Notes: generated from the letters alone by a model not told the origin. 64,000 bases of DNA from Gammaproteobacteria bacterium (GCA_963662545.2 CAXXLL010000002.1:544001-608000); one strand, 5' to 3'. Positions 22,281-33,189 are shown, numbered from the stretch's first letter. A program made the numbers and translations.

Positions 22281-22369
22281 GGCATTGTCAGACTAACTTG
22301 CTCGGAGCGGTAGAGCCAACAATCGAGGTCTCTCAGGCTGCAAGTCGACGCCACCCGGCCAAAGCGGCG
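22281..22369 (-). mobile_element. IS6 right-end fragment
   Basis: IR GGCATTGTCAGA and transposase tail AALAGWRRLAA*. Confidence 0.8.
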
Positions 22370-23306
22370 TGTAAATCGGCGTGCAAAAATGACCCACTTA
22401 CGGGGGTGATCGGTGTGCAAAATTGACCCACCTTCAACCATGCTGTCTGACCTATTTTAGTCAGGGAGCATATGAAGGAGATGTTGACGGTGGAGACGAT
22501 CAGGAAGATTCGATTAGCAGCACGTGATGGCAAGAAGTCTATTCGCCAGATAACAAAGGATTTCAACGTATCGCGCAATACGGTGCGTAAAGTTCTAAGG
22601 AGTGATCAGACGCACTTCGAGTATCACCGAGATACGGTGCACCGACCCAAGCTCGGTCCGTTTATCGATACATTGACGACGTTGTTGAAGCACGATCAGC
22701 CTCTGCCGTTGAAGCAACGGCGTACAGCGCAAGGTTACTACGAGGCACTGCAGGCCGAAGGTTACCGCGGTGCTTACGATAGCGTGCGTCGTTTTGTGAA
22801 GAACTGGCGGGCAGAACATCAGGGAAGTCCTACCGACGCCTACATCCCACTCGTATTCGAGCCCGGCGAGGCCTTCCAGTTTGACTGGAGCCACGAGAAG
22901 ATCGTCATTGCCGGGGCCATGACCGACGTGAAGATTGCCCACATCCGCTTGTGTCACAGCCGACTGTTCCTGACCGTCGCTTATCTTCGCGAGTCACAGG
23001 AGATGGTGTTCGATGCCCATCGCAGAGCCTTCGAGTTTTTCGGTGGCGTCACCCGGCGCGGCATTTACGACAACATGAAGACGGCCGTGTGCCGCATCCT
23101 GCGAGGCAAGGAACGCGACTTCAACCGCCGCTTCGAGGAACTGGCCAGTCATTACCTTTTTGAGCCGGTGGCCTGTACGCCGGCCGCGGGCTGGGAGAAA
23201 GGTCAGGTGGAGAACCAGGTGCGCACGGTCCGACGGCGATTGTTCACGCCCACGCGCAAAGCCGCGAGCCTCGATGATCTCAACCACGCACTACGGGCGG
23301 AGTGCC
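22370..23306 (+). mobile_element. istA: IS21-family element with truncated istA (from 22472)
   Basis: TGT start with repeated AAA.TGACCCAC; PGEAFQFDWS, YDNMKTAV, WEKGQVE; cut by IS66 copy B. Confidence 0.9.
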
Positions 23307-25658
23307 GTAAGCGGTTAAACCAGACCGTCATTCCGATTTAAATGGCAGTGAGTTAGTTTGCCAGGTTTTCCGTCCCGTTAGGAGCCTGGCACATGACACC
23401 ACAACGCAAATCCCGCTGGAAGCGCCGTACACCCGCCGCGTGGCGAGCATTGTTCGCAGAGCAAGCCCAAAGTGGGCTCTCGGTCAAAGCTTTTTGCGCG
23501 CAACGCGGCATCGGTTATTCAACCTTTGCGCGCTGGAAGTCGGCATTATCCGGGGCGGAGCAAACCGCGTCACAAACAATCCCCTTCATTGAGTTATCAC
23601 CGCCACGGTCATCGTCAAATGATGGTTGGGATGTCGAGGTCACCCTGGGCCCCGATATTGTGTTGCGGTTGGCGCGTCGCTGATGTGGTCAGCGCCTTGC
23701 GGTTTGCGCATTTGGTTGTGCCGGTCGCCGACCGACATGCGTAAATCTTTTCACGGCTTGTCGGCTTTGGTCCGCCAAGGCTTAAACGAAGACCCGCTCG
23801 ACGGTGCGTTGTACGTTTTTGTGAATCGCCGACGGACATTGCTGAAGGCGTTGTACTTTGAAGTAGATGGTTATTGTATCTGGAGTAAACGATTAGAGCG
23901 CGGTCAGTTCCAAGTACGTTGGGACAGCGACGTCAAACAGCGGCTCCAACGTAGCGAATGGCAATGCATTATTGAAGGCATCGACTTACGTTCAGTGCGT
24001 CGATTAAGGCGTTTTAATTTACCTGAAAACGATCGACGTTCAAGCGTGCAAACGTTATAATTCACGCTCATGAAAGAGGGCTGCGTCACACTGCAAACTC
24101 CCCTCGATGCGACGATGTTACAAGCAGAAATCACCGCCCTTAAATCGCAAGTCGCACAACTCACCCATCAACTCGACTGGTTCAAACGCCAACTGTTCGG
24201 CCGCAAGTCTGAACGGCGTTTAATCGAGCCCAATCCGGACCAACCGCAACTGGATGGCTTTAACGTAGCGCGGCCTGAGGCAGCGCAAGTTGAGAAAGAA
24301 ACCATTACGTATCAACGGCGCAAAGGTAAGCGTCGTGATGCGGATTGTGTGACCGAGCAAGGCTTGCGGTTTGATGACTCGGTGCCGATCCAAACCATCC
24401 GCTTATCGGTACCGGCAGACCTGGCGGGTGACTTTGAATCGATTAGCGAGAAGGTGACCTATCGGTTAGCGCAACGGCCGGGGGCGTATGTGGTATTGAA
24501 GTACATCCGGCCGGTGGTGAAGCGCAAGCGCGATGGTCAAATCGTTACCCTTGCGGCGCCGGAAGGTCTGTGGCCCGGCAGCATGGTGGATGTGAGTGTG
24601 GTCGCTGGGATGCTGGTCGACAAATTCGCCTATCACTTACCGTTGTATCGCCAACATCAGCGACTGGCGATGAATGGCATTACGGTATCGCGTGCTAGCT
24701 TGACGCAATGGGTGAAGAAAGCGAGCGGCTTACTGCAACCGATTTATCTGGCGCTGTTACGGCATATCTTGCAATCGAAGACGCTGGCGATGGACGAGAC
24801 GCCGGTCAAGGCGGGCCGCGCAGGTAAAGGCAAGATGAGAACGGCCTGGTATTGGCCGATCTATGGCGAGGCGGATGAAATCGCATTTACCTTTGCGCCG
24901 AGTAAAGCGCGCACGCATATCGAGAAGACCTTGTTGGACTTTAAGGGCACGCTGTTAACGGATGGTGCGGCGGCTTATGCCCGCTATGCGATTGAACACG
25001 AGGATGTGGTGCACGCGCAATGCTGGGCCCATACAAGACGCCAATTCGAACGGGCGTTGTCAGATGACCCACCAGGCGCCCATGCCGCGCTTGAACTGAT
25101 AGGTCAGCTGTATACGGTTGAGGCCACTATCCGCAAGCAACAAATGGAGGCAGTGGCGACGCAGGCGACTCGCGGTTTACATGCTTTGCCGGCGGTGGAT
25201 GCGTTCTTTGCTTGGTTGCATGGGCAACGCCAGCGGCTGGACTTATTACCCAGCCAACCGTTTACTAAAGCTGTCGGTTATGCGAGTGAGCGTGAGGGCG
25301 CATTGCGGATTTATCTATCAGATCCGAGTGTCGCCATTGATACCAATCACTTAGAGCGTGCACTTCGGCCTATCCCGATGGGGCGCAAGGCGTGGTTGTT
25401 TTGCTGGACGGAGGTGGGTGCCGAGCATGTTGGGATCATCCAGAGTTTGCTCTGCACGTGTCGCTTGCACGGTATCAACCCGTATACCTACCTGGTCGAT
25501 GTGCTGCAACGGATCGCGATCCATCCGGATAGTGCGGTGGAGCAGTTGACGCCGCGGGTATGGAAATCGATGTTCAGTGATAACCCGCTACGGTCTGATT
25601 TGGCCGTGACCAACACACCGCAGAAACGAATTCAAGACGTCGCCGTTTAACCGGTTAC
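23307..25658 (+). mobile_element. IS66-family element, copy B (tnpA 23393-23683, tnpB 23683-24060)
   Basis: Ends GTAAGCGGTTAAAC...GTTTAACCGGTTAC; clearly diverged from copy A. Confidence 0.95.
24070..25650 (+). CDS. IS66 transposase TnpC
   Basis: Same motifs as 15895-17478. Confidence 0.95.
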   Translation: MKEGCVTLQTPLDATMLQAEITALKSQVAQLTHQLDWFKRQLFGRKSERRLIEPNPDQPQLDGFNVARPEAAQVEKETITYQRRKGKRRDADCVTEQGLRFDDSVPIQTIRLSVPADLAGDFESISEKVTYRLAQRPGAYVVLKYIRPVVKRKRDGQIVTLAAPEGLWPGSMVDVSVVAGMLVDKFAYHLPLYRQHQRLAMNGITVSRASLTQWVKKASGLLQPIYLALLRHILQSKTLAMDETPVKAGRAGKGKMRTAWYWPIYGEADEIAFTFAPSKARTHIEKTLLDFKGTLLTDGAAAYARYAIEHEDVVHAQCWAHTRRQFERALSDDPPGAHAALELIGQLYTVEATIRKQQMEAVATQATRGLHALPAVDAFFAWLHGQRQRLDLLPSQPFTKAVGYASEREGALRIYLSDPSVAIDTNHLERALRPIPMGRKAWLFCWTEVGAEHVGIIQSLLCTCRLHGINPYTYLVDVLQRIAIHPDSAVEQLTPRVWKSMFSDNPLRSDLAVTNTPQKRIQDVAV

Positions 25659-26373
25659 GCTACAAGGCATCAGATATGCCGCGATGATCTCGACTCTCAC
25701 ATTTGACAAGCTGGTCACCATATATGAGCGCTACCTCGATGATAACGATATCGAACGGGACGCGACCGAGAGCCTACTGAAATTTCTGGATTGGAATGAA
25801 GTCGATGAGGAGCAATTCGGACAGGAGGTCAAAATAGTTCTTGCCTCTGCTGAGTTCTCCAAAGAGTTAACGACCTCGGTTATGTGGTTAAACGATTACG
25901 GGCTGGATATCCGCTGTGTACGGATGAACCCTTATACAAGTGACGGACAGATTTTCGTGGATGTTCAAACGGTCATTCCGATCCCGGAAGTGGCCGACTA
26001 CCAGGTACGCATTCGCGAGAAAAGGCAGAGGGCGCGCGAGTCTAGAAAAAGCTCGAGAGATTTCATGTACCCGAAGTACGCTGATATAGAGAACCCTTTA
26101 CTCTGTTACATCCACCAACATGGTGGAGCCAGCTACGAAGTTAGCGCAGACGAGACCTATGAGCCGTTAGCTGACCACTTCAGTCTCACCGAAGAAGAAA
26201 GACGGCGTACTCTGGATGAATATCAAGGGCACGGTGGCGCCCGTCCTGTTTGGAGTAATAGGATTCAGTGGGCGAAAAAAGCACTTAAAGACAAAGGCTA
26301 TCTCGCGCCTTCGGCGCGCGGTAGATGGCGTCTCTCAGAAAAAGGAGTGGAAACTGCCGATAGGCTTTCCTGA
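25659..26373 (+). pseudogene. C-terminal part of the interrupted endonuclease, with Mrr-N-like winged helix
   Basis: LQGIRYAAMIST continues HMELQ from 15131; tail WSNRIQWAKKALKDKGYL...RGRWRLSEKG. Confidence 0.85.
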
Positions 26374-26601
26374 GTGTCAATCCCTTTAGCTGGTGTCCGT
26401 CCATAAACAGGCATTTTCTTCGATGGGCACGGAGAAATCGAGGTGTTGAAAGTAGGTTGTTGGAGCGGTAGCGGCGGTTCGGTGGGGGTCGAAGGGCTCT
26501 TCGAGCGTAATTGTGAGTACGTTCGCCGGCCGCAGAGCGCTGCAACCCAAAGTCGCCCGTTCGACGATATCGAGGAGGTCAGTTAGTGCGAGTGAACGTC
26601 G

Positions 26602-27948
26602 CTATTCGAGTTGATAGCGCGCGAGCAGGCTGAGGTTGTAGGCGACCACAGAAGACCACACGTAGGCTTCGAAGTGCGGCAGGCTCTTCCAGGTGCAACG
26701 TGCCAATCCGTATGCACGCTTCAGGCAGGAGATACCGGCCTCGATGCCGGCGCGGAAGTTGCGCAAGCGTCGATAGACCCACTGACTCTTGACCATGTCG
26801 GCGATCGCGAGCCCGCGCTTCTTGTGGAAGGCAACGTCTTCGATGCCTTCTGCTTTCGCCGCCCGGAGATTGTCGAGGCTCGCATAGCCGCCATCGGCGG
26901 CGACCTGTCGTGGCATCGTCCCGTAGTGTGTTCGATGCCGTTCGAGCATCGGCATGAAGCGCTGACTATCGACCGGATTGCCTCGCTCGATGACCACGTC
27001 GAGGATGAGGCCACTGCGCCCCGAAGCCAGATTGATTTTGTGTCCGTACTGAACGTCGCGCGCACCCTTTATGATGATGTCGGTATGCGGCTCGAACAAG
27101 CTCACGCACTTCTCGCTCGCGGGGACCTTCTCACCGCCGAACACCCGCCGCTCAGTTTGCGAAATCACCTGCAGAACAAGTGTTTCGTAGTGCGCTACCT
27201 GCGCTAGCCAGTCCGGCAGTTCAACGCCGGTGACGCCCGGGCTCAGCAGCTGCTCACGTACCCTCGCTACCGCTTCCAAGGTTGAACGCGTCGCCCCAAT
27301 CAAATCGCGATACAGACGTTGGCGTTGCTTCGCACCACGCGCATACCACAGCGCCCGCGCACGCTTCTTCGCCAATCGAGTGTGGTTCACGAAGCACAAC
27401 TCCGGCGCGCCAGGCAACTCGCGCGCCTGTGCGAGCAGACGAACCACAACACGCACGCCATCCCACAGCAGATGACTGTCGCTCGGCGCGTGGATGGCAC
27501 TGTCCGTTACCGTGCTATCAATCCGTACACGCTGTGCCGGCTCAATGCGCGTCTCTTTCGCCGTCGCCAGCAGGGCGCGATGAATAGACTCCCACGTCGA
27601 TACCTGGATCGCCGAGACCACCCGCTGTAAGGCAGACTTCTTCGGACGTTCATTACCCGGCAACCGGGCGAAGGCCTGAAAGCTCGCCGAGTCCTGCAGG
27701 TGAAAGGCCAGCTCCTCGTAACTCAATTGCCGGTGCTGCTTGAGCACCGCGCAGCGCAGCACCGACTCCGCCGACAGTCCGCGTCGACCGGTGGGCTTCA
27801 AACCCCGCCGACACAGATCGTTCATGACCGGCGTGAGGACCTTGGGGTGAGCATCGAGCCACTCGGACATGCCCTGCAGCTCTCGCCCCAGGTCATGGTC
27901 AGCAAACAGCTCGTATATACTCGCTTGGGCCGTGCGTTTCTGACGCAT
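26602..27948 (-). CDS. ISNCY-type DDE transposase, copy 1
   Basis: RIDSTV, SLFEPHTDII.KG, ADGGYAS, FRAGIEAGIS.LKR. Confidence 0.92.
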   Translation of the reverse strand: MRQKRTAQASIYELFADHDLGRELQGMSEWLDAHPKVLTPVMNDLCRRGLKPTGRRGLSAESVLRCAVLKQHRQLSYEELAFHLQDSASFQAFARLPGNERPKKSALQRVVSAIQVSTWESIHRALLATAKETRIEPAQRVRIDSTVTDSAIHAPSDSHLLWDGVRVVVRLLAQARELPGAPELCFVNHTRLAKKRARALWYARGAKQRQRLYRDLIGATRSTLEAVARVREQLLSPGVTGVELPDWLAQVAHYETLVLQVISQTERRVFGGEKVPASEKCVSLFEPHTDIIIKGARDVQYGHKINLASGRSGLILDVVIERGNPVDSQRFMPMLERHRTHYGTMPRQVAADGGYASLDNLRAAKAEGIEDVAFHKKRGLAIADMVKSQWVYRRLRNFRAGIEAGISCLKRAYGLARCTWKSLPHFEAYVWSSVVAYNLSLLARYQLE

Positions 27949-28304
27949 TCCCCCTCCTGTGGTGTCGATGATTGTGTGGAAAATCAGAGGTTTGAAGTTC
28001 CATTAGATCACGACCCACCGGAGGTTTCGATCCCTTAAGCGACAAATTTTCCTTTTTATTTCAACCGCATCGCGTTTAGGGATGCACACTAGCTAGTGTC
28101 CGTCCATAAACAGGCATTTTCTTCGATGGGCACGGAGAAATCGAGGTGTTGAAAGTAGGTTGTTGGAGCGGTAGCGGCGGTTCGGTGGGGGTCGAAGGGC
28201 TCTTCGAGCGTAATTGTGAGTACGTTCGCCGGCCGCAGAGCGCTGCAACCCAAAGTCGCCCGTTCGACGATATCGAGGAGGTCAGTTAGTGCGAGTGAAC
28301 GTCG

Positions 28305-29651
28305 CTATTCGAGTTGATAGCGCGCGAGCAGGCTGAGGTTGTAGGCGACCACAGAAGACCACACGTAGGCTTCGAAGTGCGGCAGGCTCTTCCAGGTGCA
28401 ACGTGCCAATCCGTATGCACGCTTCAGGCAGGAGATACCGGCCTCGATGCCGGCGCGGAAGTTGCGCAAGCGTCGATAGACCCACTGACTCTTGACCATG
28501 TCGGCGATCGCGAGCCCGCGCTTCTTGTGGAAGGCAACGTCTTCGATGCCTTCTGCTTTCGCCGCCCGGAGATTGTCGAGGCTCGCATCGCCGCCATCGG
28601 CGGCGACCTGTCGTGGCATCGTCCCGTAGTGTGTTCGATGCCGTTCGAGCATCGGCATGAAGCGCTGACTATCGACCGGATTGCCTCGCTCGATGACCAC
28701 GTCGAGGATGAGGCCACTGCGCCCCGAAGCCAGATTGATTTTGTGTCCGTACTGAACGTCGCGCGCACCCTTTATGATGATGTCGGTATGCGGCTCGAAC
28801 AAGCTCACGCACTTCTCGCTCGCGGGGACCTTCTCACCGCCGAACACCCGCCGCTCAGTTTGCGAAATCACCTGCAGAACAAGTGTTTCGTAGTGCGCTA
28901 CCTGCGCTAGCCAGTCCGGCAGTTCAACGCCGGTGACGCCCGGGCTCAGCAGCTGCTCACGTACCCTCGCTACCGCTTCCAAGGTTGAACGCGTCGCCCC
29001 AATCAAATCGCGATACAGACGTTGGCGTTGCTTCGCACCACGCGCATACCACAGCGCCCGCGCACGCTTCTTCGCCAATCGAGTGTGGTTCACGAAGCAC
29101 AACTCCGGCGCGCCAGGCAACTCGCGCGCCTGTGCGAGCAGACGAACCACAACACGCACGCCATCCCACAGCAGATGACTGTCGCTCGGCGCGTGGATGG
29201 CACTGTCCGTTACCGTGCTATCAATCCGTACACGCTGTGCCGGCTCAATGCGCGTCTCTTTCGCCGTCGCCAGCAGGGCGCGATGAATAGACTCCCACGT
29301 CGATACCTGGATCGCCGAGACCACCCGCTGTAAGGCAGACTTCTTCGGACGTTCATTACCCGGCAACCGGGCGAAGGCCTGAAAGCTCGCCGAGTCCTGC
29401 AGGTGAAAGGCCAGCTCCTCGTAACTCAATTGCCGGTGCTGCTTGAGCACCGCGCAGCGCAGCACCGACTCCGCCGACAGTCCGCGTCGACCGGTGGGCT
29501 TCAAACCCCGCCGACACAGATCGTTCATGACCGGCGTGAGGACCTTGGGGTGAGCATCGAGCCACTCGGACATGCCCTGCAGCTCTCGCCCCAGGTCATG
29601 GTCAGCAAACAGCTCGTATATACTCGCTTGGGCCGTGCGTTTCTGACGCAT
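28305..29651 (-). CDS. ISNCY-type DDE transposase, copy 2 (ADGGY to ADGGD)
   Basis: Protein identical to copy 1 except for the substitution at 28589. Confidence 0.92.
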   Translation of the reverse strand: MRQKRTAQASIYELFADHDLGRELQGMSEWLDAHPKVLTPVMNDLCRRGLKPTGRRGLSAESVLRCAVLKQHRQLSYEELAFHLQDSASFQAFARLPGNERPKKSALQRVVSAIQVSTWESIHRALLATAKETRIEPAQRVRIDSTVTDSAIHAPSDSHLLWDGVRVVVRLLAQARELPGAPELCFVNHTRLAKKRARALWYARGAKQRQRLYRDLIGATRSTLEAVARVREQLLSPGVTGVELPDWLAQVAHYETLVLQVISQTERRVFGGEKVPASEKCVSLFEPHTDIIIKGARDVQYGHKINLASGRSGLILDVVIERGNPVDSQRFMPMLERHRTHYGTMPRQVAADGGDASLDNLRAAKAEGIEDVAFHKKRGLAIADMVKSQWVYRRLRNFRAGIEAGISCLKRAYGLARCTWKSLPHFEAYVWSSVVAYNLSLLARYQLE

Positions 29652-30007
29652 TCCCCCTCCTGTGGTGTCGATGATTGTGTGGAAAATCAGAGGTTTGAAG
29701 TTCCATTAGATCACGACCCACCGGAGGTTTCGATCCCTTAAGCGACAAATTTTCCTTTTTATTTCAACCGCATCGCGTTTAGGGATGCACACTAGCTAGT
29801 GTCCGTCCATAAACAGGCATTTTCTTCGATGGGCACGGAGAAATCGAGGTGTTGAAAGTAGGTTGTTGGAGCGGTAGCGGCGGTTCGGTGGGGGTCGAAG
29901 GGCTCTTCGAGCGTAATTGTGAGTACGTTCGCCGGCCGCAGAGCGCTGCAACCCAAAGTCGCCCGTTCGACGATATCGAGGAGGTCAGTTAGTGCGAGTG
30001 AACGTCG

Positions 30008-31354
30008 CTATTCGAGTTGATAGCGCGCGAGCAGGCTGAGGTTGTAGGCGACCACAGAAGACCACACGTAGGCTTCGAAGTGCGGCAGGCTCTTCCAGGT
30101 GCAACGTGCCAATCCGTATGCACGCTTCAGGCAGGAGATACCGGCCTCGATGCCGGCGCGGAAGTTGCGCAAGCGTCGATAGACCCACTGACTCTTGACC
30201 ATGTCGGCGATCGCGAGCCCGCGCTTCTTGTGGAAGGCAACGTCTTCGATGCCTTCTGCTTTCGCCGCCCGGAGATTGTCGAGGCTCGCATAGCCGCCAT
30301 CGGCGGCGACCTGTCGTGGCATCGTCCCGTAGTGTGTTCGATGCCGTTCGAGCATCGGCATGAAGCGCTGACTATCGACCGGATTGCCTCGCTCGATGAC
30401 CACGTCGAGGATGAGGCCACTGCGCCCCGAAGCCAGATTGATTTTGTGTCCGTACTGAACGTCGCGCGCACCCTTTATGATGATGTCGGTATGCGGCTCG
30501 AACAAGCTCACGCACTTCTCGCTCGCGGGGACCTTCTCACCGCCGAACACCCGCCGCTCAGTTTGCGAAATCACCTGCAGAACAAGTGTTTCGTAGTGCG
30601 CTACCTGCGCTAGCCAGTCCGGCAGTTCAACGCCGGTGACGCCCGGGCTCAGCAGCTGCTCACGTACCCTCGCTACCGCTTCCAAGGTTGAACGCGTCGC
30701 CCCAATCAAATCGCGATACAGACGTTGGCGTTGCTTCGCACCACGCGCATACCACAGCGCCCGCGCACGCTTCTTCGCCAATCGAGTGTGGTTCACGAAG
30801 CACAACTCCGGCGCGCCAGGCAACTCGCGCGCCTGTGCGAGCAGACGAACCACAACACGCACGCCATCCCACAGCAGATGACTGTCGCTCGGCGCGTGGA
30901 TGGCACTGTCCGTTACCGTGCTATCAATCCGTACACGCTGTGCCGGCTCAATGCGCGTCTCTTTCGCCGTCGCCAGCAGGGCGCGATGAATAGACTCCCA
31001 CGTCGATACCTGGATCGCCGAGACCACCCGCTGTAAGGCAGACTTCTTCGGACGTTCATTACCCGGCAACCGGGCGAAGGCCTGAAAGCTCGCCGAGTCC
31101 TGCAGGTGAAAGGCCAGCTCCTCGTAACTCAATTGCCGGTGCTGCTTGAGCACCGCGCAGCGCAGCACCGACTCCGCCGACAGTCCGCGTCGACCGGTGG
31201 GCTTCAAACCCCGCCGACACAGATCGTTCATGACCGGCGTGAGGACCTTGGGGTGAGCATCGAGCCACTCGGACATGCCCTGCAGCTCTCGCCCCAGGTC
31301 ATGGTCAGCAAACAGCTCGTATATACTCGCTTGGGCCGTGCGTTTCTGACGCAT
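30008..31354 (-). CDS. ISNCY-type DDE transposase, copy 3
   Basis: Protein identical to copy 1. Confidence 0.92.
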   Translation of the reverse strand: MRQKRTAQASIYELFADHDLGRELQGMSEWLDAHPKVLTPVMNDLCRRGLKPTGRRGLSAESVLRCAVLKQHRQLSYEELAFHLQDSASFQAFARLPGNERPKKSALQRVVSAIQVSTWESIHRALLATAKETRIEPAQRVRIDSTVTDSAIHAPSDSHLLWDGVRVVVRLLAQARELPGAPELCFVNHTRLAKKRARALWYARGAKQRQRLYRDLIGATRSTLEAVARVREQLLSPGVTGVELPDWLAQVAHYETLVLQVISQTERRVFGGEKVPASEKCVSLFEPHTDIIIKGARDVQYGHKINLASGRSGLILDVVIERGNPVDSQRFMPMLERHRTHYGTMPRQVAADGGYASLDNLRAAKAEGIEDVAFHKKRGLAIADMVKSQWVYRRLRNFRAGIEAGISCLKRAYGLARCTWKSLPHFEAYVWSSVVAYNLSLLARYQLE

Positions 31355-31502
31355 TCCCCCTCCTGTGGTGTCGATGATTGTGTGGAAAATCAGAGGTTTG
31401 AAGTTCCATTAGATCACGACCCACCGGAGGTTTCGATCCCTTAAGCGACAAATTTTCCTTTTTATTTCAACCGCATCGCGTTTAGGGATGCACACTAGCT
31501 AG

Positions 31503-31966
31503 GAAATTCCGTCGCTTGATAAGCGGCTGACTTGCGGCTGAACTTCACCAATCGACAGGCTCGACGTTGGCTCATTGAATACCTTTGCTGCAAATAGCCG
31601 ACGACAGCGCGCCGCTGTGCCGGCTTCACCACTTTTTTTGCACAACGTCCTCCAGCGCGGTCTTGTCGAGTCGCGTCTCGGCGAGCAGCCGCTTCAGCTT
31701 TGCATTCTCGGCTTCGAGTTCCCGTAATCGCTTCGCATCGGATATCTCCATGCCGCTGAACTTTTCCTTCCAGCGGTAAAACGTGCCGTTAGCGATACCG
31801 TGTTTGCGAATGACTTCCTGGGCCGGCATCCCAGCTTCGTGCTCTTTGAGGATCGAAATGATCTGTTCTTCGCTATAGCGCTTGCGCTTCATATCGAGAC
31901 CTCCCTTGGGTCAATTTTGTGGGAAATCTCCTAACGAATTTGGCTACCTTTTTGGGGGAAAGGTCA
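31503..31966 (-). mobile_element. IS3-family (IS407-like) remnant: orfA 31626-31892, orfB lost
   Basis: MKRKRYSEEQII.ILKE...TFYRWK.KF.GM...LEAENAKLKRL; TGACC end at 31966. Confidence 0.85.
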
Positions 31967-32251
31967 CCTCTTAATTCGAGTCACGTGGAATGTGGGAGAT
32001 TAAGCCTACCAGGCGGCTTTCTTAGCGAACACGGCGGTGATTTGTTACTAAGTGACTGATGCGGTCTGACGCAAAGCCATGAACCCTTTGGTTTCCACGC
32101 ATAGCTGCGCAGGGCGTGCAGGATTATGAGAGCATCTAAACAGCTTCATACCTCCTACACGTAATACCGTTTCTTCTGAAAATGCCTAAAATGCACTCTT
32201 CTGCTTAATCATCGAGCAATAATCGGCAGCATTGGGATTGCAGAGTAAGAA

Positions 32252-32533
32252 ATGGCAGACGACAACCTAAAACATATAGACGCTAGCACACATGAAATCC
32301 GAGAACTCGTAGAAAACATTGTCGGAAAGCCCTTAAGCGAAGCTGTTATCGAGGGCGCGTTTTGCCCAAGATGCGTCGCGATTACACTGCTGGAGTGGGC
32401 GTCCTATGCCGCCGTGTCATCGGGCGCTACCGCGAGTGACGTTATGAGTGCGGCGGCAGACGGCGCCGCCACTGCCGAAGAAGAGGCCGAGGCACACGCC
32501 GAGGAAGGCGGCTTGCAGGAGATCCGGCACTAA
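32252..32533 (+). CDS. small acidic hypothetical protein with CPRC motif
   Basis: 93-aa ORF with plausible RBS; no family recognised. Confidence 0.55.
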   Translation: MADDNLKHIDASTHEIRELVENIVGKPLSEAVIEGAFCPRCVAITLLEWASYAAVSSGATASDVMSAAADGAATAEEEAEAHAEEGGLQEIRH

Positions 32534-32539
32534 CGTATT

Positions 32540-32771
32540 GCGTCATTCAAGCCCCAAAAGGATATCTGGCTCCGGCCGTTCAGAAGGGATTGGAAACGAA
32601 TGCTTAATCGCTGAAACCTCCCGCGCCGCATCCAACCGCGCCATGCCCTGCCCAACCACAACTTGCCGAAACTTCGAAACAATCTCCTCTGGCTTATGTT
32701 CCTTGTTCGCCATCTGTCATCCTCCTTCTTCCTAAATTTTTACGGTGAATCACTTCTCGCGGGAAGGACCA
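32540..32771 (-). pseudogene. degenerate IS3 orfA remnant
   Basis: MANKEHKPEEIVSKFRQV...QGMARLDA resembles an IS3 orfA start. Confidence 0.6.
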
Positions 32772-32815
32772 CGAGGACGCTCTAACTACACTCTGTCTAC
32801 CGAAAGCACAGAATT

Positions 32816-32938
32816 CGCCATTAGCGCCAGAGCGCACCAAATGCTCGAGATTAGGAGATTTAGAAAACGAGCAACAGATGCGTCAATCTTAGAGATCTCC
32901 TAATGGTCGCGATCTGGTGAGCTCTGGCGCTAATGGCG
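32816..32938. repeat. long imperfect inverted repeat (hairpin or MITE-like)
   Basis: Perfect 18-bp outer arms CGCCATTAGCGCCAGAGC, extended by CACCA and ATTAGGAGAT blocks. Confidence 0.85.
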
Positions 32939-33189
32939 GGAGAACAGCTCGCCCTATAAGCGCGATCAGCGACACGATCTCAATTAACTTACTTCTTCAC
33001 GCGTGCTTGTTTTATATCTATCTGACGCCGGACAGACGGAATCCTCAGGTCTTCCCTATTTTGAGCACCTTATGTCCGAAAGGTTTTGACGACGTACAAC
33101 GCGTCGTGATGTCTTAAAGGGCATGATCACCAATCAATAAGCTGGGTTGCTGGCAAGCGTCGAATCCGGACGCCGAACAACTATCCGCG

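Larger units (their letters stand above)
26390..31498 (-). mobile_element. three head-to-tail copies of a 1703-bp ISNCY/IS5-like element
   Basis: Units 26390-28092, 28093-29795, 29796-31498; imperfect IRs CTAGTGTCCGTCCATAAAC / CTAGTGTGCATCCCTAAAC. Confidence 0.95.
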
